Shown here: one piece after another, positions 59,472 through 64,000 of the stretch
Numbering within the stretch: position 1 is the stretch's first letter
How the letters are laid out: each line of letters starts with the position of its first letter
NCBI GenBank assembly: GCA_937894465.1
Contig: CALCRE010000293.1
Span: 9,482 to 73,481 of the forward strand
Reading direction: 5' to 3'
DNA from: an uncultured Clostridia bacterium
GTDB taxonomy: Bacteria; Bacillota; Clostridia; JAAYHZ01
DNA: 64,000 nt
The notes under the pieces: model-generated
Told to the model about the DNA's origin: nothing
What the model saw: the letters and a program-made list of their open reading frames with translations, nothing else
Database searches by the model: none
Position numbers and translations under genes: made by a program

Positions 59472-61068
59472 ATCGCACTTCCTTTCCTATTTCCCGGATA
59501 ATACTTTTCTTCCACTTGTCATCTGTTTCTTTAAAATCTGAACGGAAATGTCCTCCTCTGCTTTCTTCCCGAAGCAATGCGTTTTCGATGATAATTTCCG
59601 CTAATTGGAGCATGTTACAGATTTCAAAATGGGCCGGCAGAACAGGTTCCTTGTTTTCTACCGTTTTCATATGTACCCTGATCAATTTCAAAGCCGTTTC
59701 AAGACCTTCTCTGTTTCGGATGATTCCCACATACATAGTCATGATTTCACGAATTTTTTCCTTGATTTTTAATGAATCAGAATCAAATTGATCGGTATAT
59801 ACCGGTAAATTAACATCCTTTACTTCTATATTTATATAATCCGTTTTACTTTGATTGATCTTCTGAGCGATTTTACCTCCGAATACCAAGCCTTCCAACA
59901 AAGAGTTGCTTGCAAGTCTATTGGCTCCGTGTATTCCGGTACAAGCCGCTTCCCCGCATGCGTAATACCCCTTTATATTGGTTTGTCCCCATATATCAGT
60001 TTCTATGCCACCCATGCAGTAATGTTCCGCCGGGGCAACGGGTATATAATCTTTGGACATATCAATTCCATATCCATAGCATGTCTTATAAATATTTGGG
60101 AATCTATTAACCAAATATTCCTTGCTTTTAAATGTTATATCAAGAAACTCGTTCTCAACATTTTCTTTTTGCATTTCGGAGAAAATCGCTCTTGCCACCA
60201 CATCCCTCGGGGCAAGCTCTTGCAGTTGATGGTATCGGCTCATAAATCTCTCGCCTTTTTGATTTCTAAGAACTGCACCTTCTCCTCTGACGGCTTCAGA
60301 TATCAAAAAGTGTTTGTCCATCGGATGATGCAAAACAGTAGGATGAAATTGTACAAATTCCATGTCGGCCAATACGGCTCCGGCACGATATGACATGCAC
60401 ACACCGTCCCCTGTGGCTATTTCAGGGTTGGTTGTCATGGAATACAGCCTGCCGAATCCACCGGCGGCACATATAATATTATTAGAAACAAAAATGACGT
60501 AGTCACCTTTCTTTTCATCAAATGCCAAGATGCCTTTTGCCTCCTGATCCTCTACAATTAAATCAATGGCAAATATCTTCTCCCTGAATGATATATTTTC
60601 TCTTTCCTTCGCTACGGAAACAAGTTTGTCACAAACTTCTTTTCCGGTGGTGTCACCTGCATGGATGATTCTGTTTTTGCTGTGCGCAGCCTCTCGGCCG
60701 AATGAAAGTTCCTCTTTGCTTTTACGGTCAAATTGAACACCATATTCAAACAACCGATCAATTCGTTCGGCTGCTTCGTTCACCAAAACCCAAACACTTT
60801 CACTCTTGCACAATCCTGCACCGGCAAAAAGAGTATCATTGTAATGCAATACCGGAGAATCACCCTTGTCCAATGAAACGGCAATTCCCCCCTGGGCTAA
60901 TACCGAATTATTTATATCAATAGTTTCTTTGGTAAGGATCACGGTCTTTTTATCCGGGTTCAAACTTAGGGCAGTATACACCCCTGCTATTCCGCTTCCG
61001 ATGATTACTACATCATAATAAACCTTTTCAATATCTGAAAAGTTTTTGTTTAACAAATATCTTTGCAT
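59461..61068 (-). CDS. nadB: L-aspartate oxidase
   Basis: FAD-binding start DVVIIGSGIAGVYTA. It is a succinate dehydrogenase/fumarate reductase-flavoprotein-like protein of 535 aa. Confidence 0.9.
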   Translation of the reverse strand: MQRYLLNKNFSDIEKVYYDVVIIGSGIAGVYTALSLNPDKKTVILTKETIDINNSVLAQGGIAVSLDKGDSPVLHYNDTLFAGAGLCKSESVWVLVNEAAERIDRLFEYGVQFDRKSKEELSFGREAAHSKNRIIHAGDTTGKEVCDKLVSVAKERENISFREKIFAIDLIVEDQEAKGILAFDEKKGDYVIFVSNNIICAAGGFGRLYSMTTNPEIATGDGVCMSYRAGAVLADMEFVQFHPTVLHHPMDKHFLISEAVRGEGAVLRNQKGERFMSRYHQLQELAPRDVVARAIFSEMQKENVENEFLDITFKSKEYLVNRFPNIYKTCYGYGIDMSKDYIPVAPAEHYCMGGIETDIWGQTNIKGYYACGEAACTGIHGANRLASNSLLEGLVFGGKIAQKINQSKTDYINIEVKDVNLPVYTDQFDSDSLKIKEKIREIMTMYVGIIRNREGLETALKLIRVHMKTVENKEPVLPAHFEICNMLQLAEIIIENALLREESRGGHFRSDFKETDDKWKKSIIREIGKEVRYEA

Positions 61069-61079
61069 ATACTTCTTCC

Positions 61080-62000
61080 TTAAGAAAGCTCTAACATTCT
61101 TTCTAAGCTTCTTCTTGCTTTCTTTATAATTTCGTCCCCTAATAGTATCTCATGTTTCATTTCATTCAGAGCATTGTACACATCTATCGGCCCGGTCTTT
61201 TTCATATTAACACACAGCAAACAAGAAGACGGGAAGAAGAGCTCTACATTTGGCTTTACTTTTTTAATGGGGTGTTCCACACCTTTTTCAGTAGCAATAA
61301 TATAAGCTTTTTGATCCGGTCCGCTCACCACATAATCAATAATCGCCTTTGTACTTCCGATGAAATCCGCATGATTCAACACACCCGTGTTGCATTCGGG
61401 ATGAGCTAACACCGTTGCATCAGGTCTTAATTGCTTCCATTTTAATATGTCTTTTTCTTTCAGTGCTTCATGCACAATACAATAACCATCCCATAAAATG
61501 ATATTTTTTTCTGGAATCTGCTTGGCAATATAGGAACCTAAGTTTCTGTCCGGCACGAAAATAATATCCTTTTCTTTTATTGAAGATATAACTTTTAATG
61601 CATTGGAAGAGGTGACACAAACATCACATTCCGCTTTGACCTCTGCAGTGGAGTTGATATAACACACAGCTGCCGCATTCGGATGCTTTTTCTTCATCAT
61701 CCTGACATCTTCGCCGGTCACCATATTTGCCATAGGACATCCCGCAGCTTCAACCGGTAACAGCACCGTCTTATCAGGAGATAATAACTTGGCACTTTCG
61801 GCCATAAATCTTACGCCGCAAAAAACAATGACGTCTTCCTCCACATTACTGACAAATTTGCTTAACGCGTAGGAATCTCCGGTTTTGTCCGCTATTTCTT
61901 GAACCTCACCTTGTTGATACGTGTGAGCTACAATTACTGCGTTTCTTTCCTTTTTCAGTTCCTGTATTCCCGCAACAATCTGATCAAGACTCATATTCAT
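61080..62000 (-). CDS. nadA: quinolinate synthase A
   Basis: MSLDQIVAGIQELKKERNAVIVAHTYQ is a typical NadA start. The listed ORF extends about 14 aa upstream into the promoter, so the start was trimmed to the ATG at about 62000. Confidence 0.85.
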   Translation of the reverse strand: MNMSLDQIVAGIQELKKERNAVIVAHTYQQGEVQEIADKTGDSYALSKFVSNVEEDVIVFCGVRFMAESAKLLSPDKTVLLPVEAAGCPMANMVTGEDVRMMKKKHPNAAAVCYINSTAEVKAECDVCVTSSNALKVISSIKEKDIIFVPDRNLGSYIAKQIPEKNIILWDGYCIVHEALKEKDILKWKQLRPDATVLAHPECNTGVLNHADFIGSTKAIIDYVVSGPDQKAYIIATEKGVEHPIKKVKPNVELFFPSSCLLCVNMKKTGPIDVYNALNEMKHEILLGDEIIKKARRSLERMLELS

Positions 62001-62041
62001 AACATCATTGTTCCTTTCAAAATATCTAAAGATTATGAACA

Positions 62042-62070
62042 TTTTAATATGTATCCACCATTTTGTAAAG
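62042..62070 (-). promoter_or_regulatory. sigma-A-type promoter for nadABC (TTTACA-N17-TAAAAT)
   Basis: On the minus strand: TTTACA, aaatggtggatacatat, TAAAAT. A quasi-palindrome ACATATTAAAATGT overlaps the -10 element. Confidence 0.5.
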
Positions 62071-62107
62071 ATTGATTCCGCTTAGTAACTTGCACCTCAC
62101 AATAATA

Positions 62108-62148
62108 ATTAACAAAAGTCCCGCTCTCCGATATGGATGCGGGACTCA
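62108..62148 (-). terminator. Rho-independent terminator upstream of the nadA promoter, ending the histidine-phosphatase transcript
   Basis: On the minus strand, stem GAGTCCCGC-ATCCATATCGGAGA-GCGGGACT followed by TTTTGTT. Confidence 0.7.
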
Positions 62149-62195
62149 CTTTTGGATTCGGCTACCCGGCTGTGCATCCGGCGATACAACCGACA

Positions 62196-62250
62196 CACCG
62201 GTGTTCCTCCTAATATCTACGCATTTCACCGCTACACTGGGAATTCCACC
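62196..62250 (-). other. About 55-nt segment nearly identical to a conserved 16S rRNA region (E. coli numbering roughly 673-722), in sense orientation on the minus strand
   Basis: The minus-strand sequence is GGTGGAATTCCCAGTGTAGCGGTGAAATGCGTAGATATTAGGAGGAACACCGGTGT. The clostridial 16S consensus is GGAATTCCTAGTGTAGCGGTGAAATGCGTAGATATTAGGAGGAACACCAGTGGCGAAGG. About 48 of 50 positions match, and the flanks are not rRNA-like. Confidence 0.6.
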
Positions 62251-62285
62251 TTCGTCTAAACTTTCGGCCGAGTCATTCATACCAA

Positions 62286-62903
62286 TTATTTACGATTTAA
62301 AAACGCTACTTTGATTCCTACTTTGGAATAAGAAATTTTACATAAACCGGTGTTGTCAATTTGAATCGATCCTATTGGCTCCATATCTAGAAACATTTCA
62401 ATTAATCTGGAGCCTGCATGTGCGTGTCCTACTAAAAGTATGGACAAGTTTGATTTTCCGTAATTATCTATTAAATGTTCATAAATCCAACGGATGCGTC
62501 TTATACCTTCTAAATAATTCTCAGGACTAGGCGGAAAAGCTCTATGAGCATCATTGTCTCTGTATTTAAAAAACCTCATATCATCTTCAGCAATTTTTAT
62601 CGCATGTCCATACCTTACATTTTCGGGCAACTCACCTTCCCTTGACTTTTGGTAACATGCTTCTGATAGTTCGCCCCATAATTCCGCAATGATATTATTA
62701 GCTTTTAAATAAGGCAAAATCGTATATACTGCTCTTTCAATAGGACTTACAAATATATGGTCAAATTTAATTCCTTTTAATCTTTCTACAAGAGCCTCCG
62801 CTTGCATAAGGCCCTTTTCCGAAAGATGTCCGTGAAAAGAAGTACCATAGTCATTTGTTAAATTACCTATTGATTGACCATGTCTCAAAAAATAAATGTT
62901 CAT
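62286..62903 (-). CDS. histidine phosphatase family protein (phosphoglycerate-mutase-like)
   Basis: MNIYFLRHGQS..., the RHG catalytic motif at the N-terminus. An RBS (AGGAGT) precedes the ATG at 62903. The listed ORF runs 15 aa further upstream. Confidence 0.75.
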   Translation of the reverse strand: MNIYFLRHGQSIGNLTNDYGTSFHGHLSEKGLMQAEALVERLKGIKFDHIFVSPIERAVYTILPYLKANNIIAELWGELSEACYQKSREGELPENVRYGHAIKIAEDDMRFFKYRDNDAHRAFPPSPENYLEGIRRIRWIYEHLIDNYGKSNLSILLVGHAHAGSRLIEMFLDMEPIGSIQIDNTGLCKISYSKVGIKVAFLNRK

Positions 62904-62968
62904 TTTATTTACTCCTATAAATTGGTTGGTAAGGGGTACCGAGAGCATTCATTAACAAATGTAGTCTT

Positions 62969-63886
62969 TTAAATTTTCCTATATTTTGTTGGCGAGCTCC
63001 CTGTTACCTTTTTAAAGATTTTACTAAAATGATATTGATCGTAGTACCCAAGCTGTTGTGATATTTCATTTATTGAAGAATCGGTGCTTTTTAATAGCCG
63101 TTTGGCTTCCTCAATTTTCAAGTCTTCAAGATATTGCATAATAGTTTTACCTGTTTCGGCTTTAAAAATAGAATTTAGATAATTCGGACTTACATTTACT
63201 TCTTGAGAAATATCACTCAGACGTATAGCATTTGAAAGGTTTCTCTTAACGTAAAATTGAACTTGTAAAACAATGTAGTCTTTCCAAGGCTTATGGTTTA
63301 ATTTACCCTGATTCTCTTCCTTTATCTTTCTCACTATTAGAATAAGTAATTGTAGAACATTGGACTTGATTGTTTCTTTAAAATACTCACTTTCATTTTC
63401 AAGTTCCTCTTTTATGTTACTAACATAAAAATTGCAATCATATGTAGATTTCATAATAAACCCGTCTGTTGTATGAAAATTACCATCAACACTGTTTCTA
63501 CCGGATAAGTGTAACGATATCTTGTCAAACAATACATAAATCCAAATTGATTCATAACTGCAATTCTTTTTAGGCAACTCACGATGCATAATTCCCGGTC
63601 TTACAATGCATACATCACCGACATTTACATTAATAATGCGACTTTCCATTTGCATTGCAAAGCTACCGCTTAAGCCTATACAAATCTCCAAGAAACTATG
63701 ACTTTTGAGGTTAATGATCATATGGAATAAATCATTAAAATTGTTGGGTAATAAAGCAATCTTATCAATATCTGCATAACCTTTGTCGGTTAAAAACCAG
63801 TCACTTAAATATCTTGCTTTTATTTGCTTTATTGAAAAATCAAGCGCATCTATAAGAGAAGTGTTATAATCAGACATTTCAACCAC
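62969..63886 (-). CDS. AraC/XylS-family transcriptional regulator (N-terminal cupin-like sensor plus C-terminal HTH)
   Basis: The C-terminal ~100 aa carry the two HTH units of the AraC family (ISQEVNVSPNYLNSIFK...INEISQQLGYYDQYHFSKIFKK). 305 aa. Confidence 0.8.
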   Translation of the reverse strand: MVEMSDYNTSLIDALDFSIKQIKARYLSDWFLTDKGYADIDKIALLPNNFNDLFHMIINLKSHSFLEICIGLSGSFAMQMESRIINVNVGDVCIVRPGIMHRELPKKNCSYESIWIYVLFDKISLHLSGRNSVDGNFHTTDGFIMKSTYDCNFYVSNIKEELENESEYFKETIKSNVLQLLILIVRKIKEENQGKLNHKPWKDYIVLQVQFYVKRNLSNAIRLSDISQEVNVSPNYLNSIFKAETGKTIMQYLEDLKIEEAKRLLKSTDSSINEISQQLGYYDQYHFSKIFKKVTGSSPTKYRKI

Positions 63887-64000
63887 CTTTAAAGATTAAC
63901 CTTCTTGTTTCGAAACCAATTAATCTAATTAAGATACTCGCTGCTGTAAAGAGCTTGATTACGCTGTCTTATATGTGTGTACATTAGCAAGACTAATTGA

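Noticed and set aside
62072-62314. 80-aa plus-strand ORF covering the 16S-like segment and the terminator.
   Set aside because: It is the antisense of a structured RNA region and has no RBS. It was read as a non-coding intergenic region instead.
1-64000. Mobile elements, prophage genes, CRISPR arrays and toxin-antitoxin pairs.
   Set aside because: No transposase or integrase-like ORFs were found, no direct-repeat arrays, and no small paired ORFs with typical toxin-antitoxin architecture. The region reads as conserved chromosomal backbone.

Overview
The window is low-GC chromosomal DNA from a spore-forming Firmicute of the class Clostridia, with about 50 protein genes and no mobile element, CRISPR array, tRNA gene or intact rRNA gene. 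The spore-former call rests on an alpha/beta-type small acid-soluble spore protein gene, a yaaL-bofA pair, a CotS-family gene and the walRK-yycHIJ-rlmH cell-wall cluster. Most of the window is core metabolism and envelope biology. In coordinate order it contains: a Kelch-repeat gene cut off at the 5' edge; a complete five-gene oligopeptide ABC transporter operon (oppABCDF type) with a terminator inside the operon; a minus-strand operon of an HD-domain hydrolase plus a 1014-aa cytoplasmic protein with a Cys-rich N-terminus and a heparinase II/III-like C-terminal region; a spore protein gene; a ThrE-type two-gene exporter; rubrerythrin divergent from a FAD/Rieske oxidoreductase; VanW; yaaL-bofA; pyruvate:ferredoxin oxidoreductase; a CotS-family gene; an MFS transporter; formate-tetrahydrofolate ligase; the gcvT-gcvH-gcvPA-gcvPB glycine-cleavage operon behind a tandem glycine riboswitch; cca; a wecB/tagO/dCMP-deaminase group; an apparently fused rpiB-upp ORF; tsaC; prfA; a purH-like AICAR-transformylase-only protein; glpP; a diacylglycerol-kinase-family gene; a DUF2207 membrane protein; rlmH-yycJ-murA-yycI-yycH-walK-walR; two TolC-like genes that are likely co-transcribed with walRK; two tandem paralogous SLH-domain proteins with Ig-like repeats; nadA-nadB-nadC; a histidine phosphatase; and an AraC regulator. 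Things that stood out: a roughly 55-nt near-exact 16S rRNA segment in the intergenic region upstream of nadA; the rpiB-upp fusion; TolC-like envelope genes coupled to walRK in a monoderm-type sporeformer; a cluster of DnaA boxes; a perfect 26-bp palindrome upstream of the oxidoreductase gene at 17906; and the large Zn-ribbon plus heparinase-like cytoplasmic protein.
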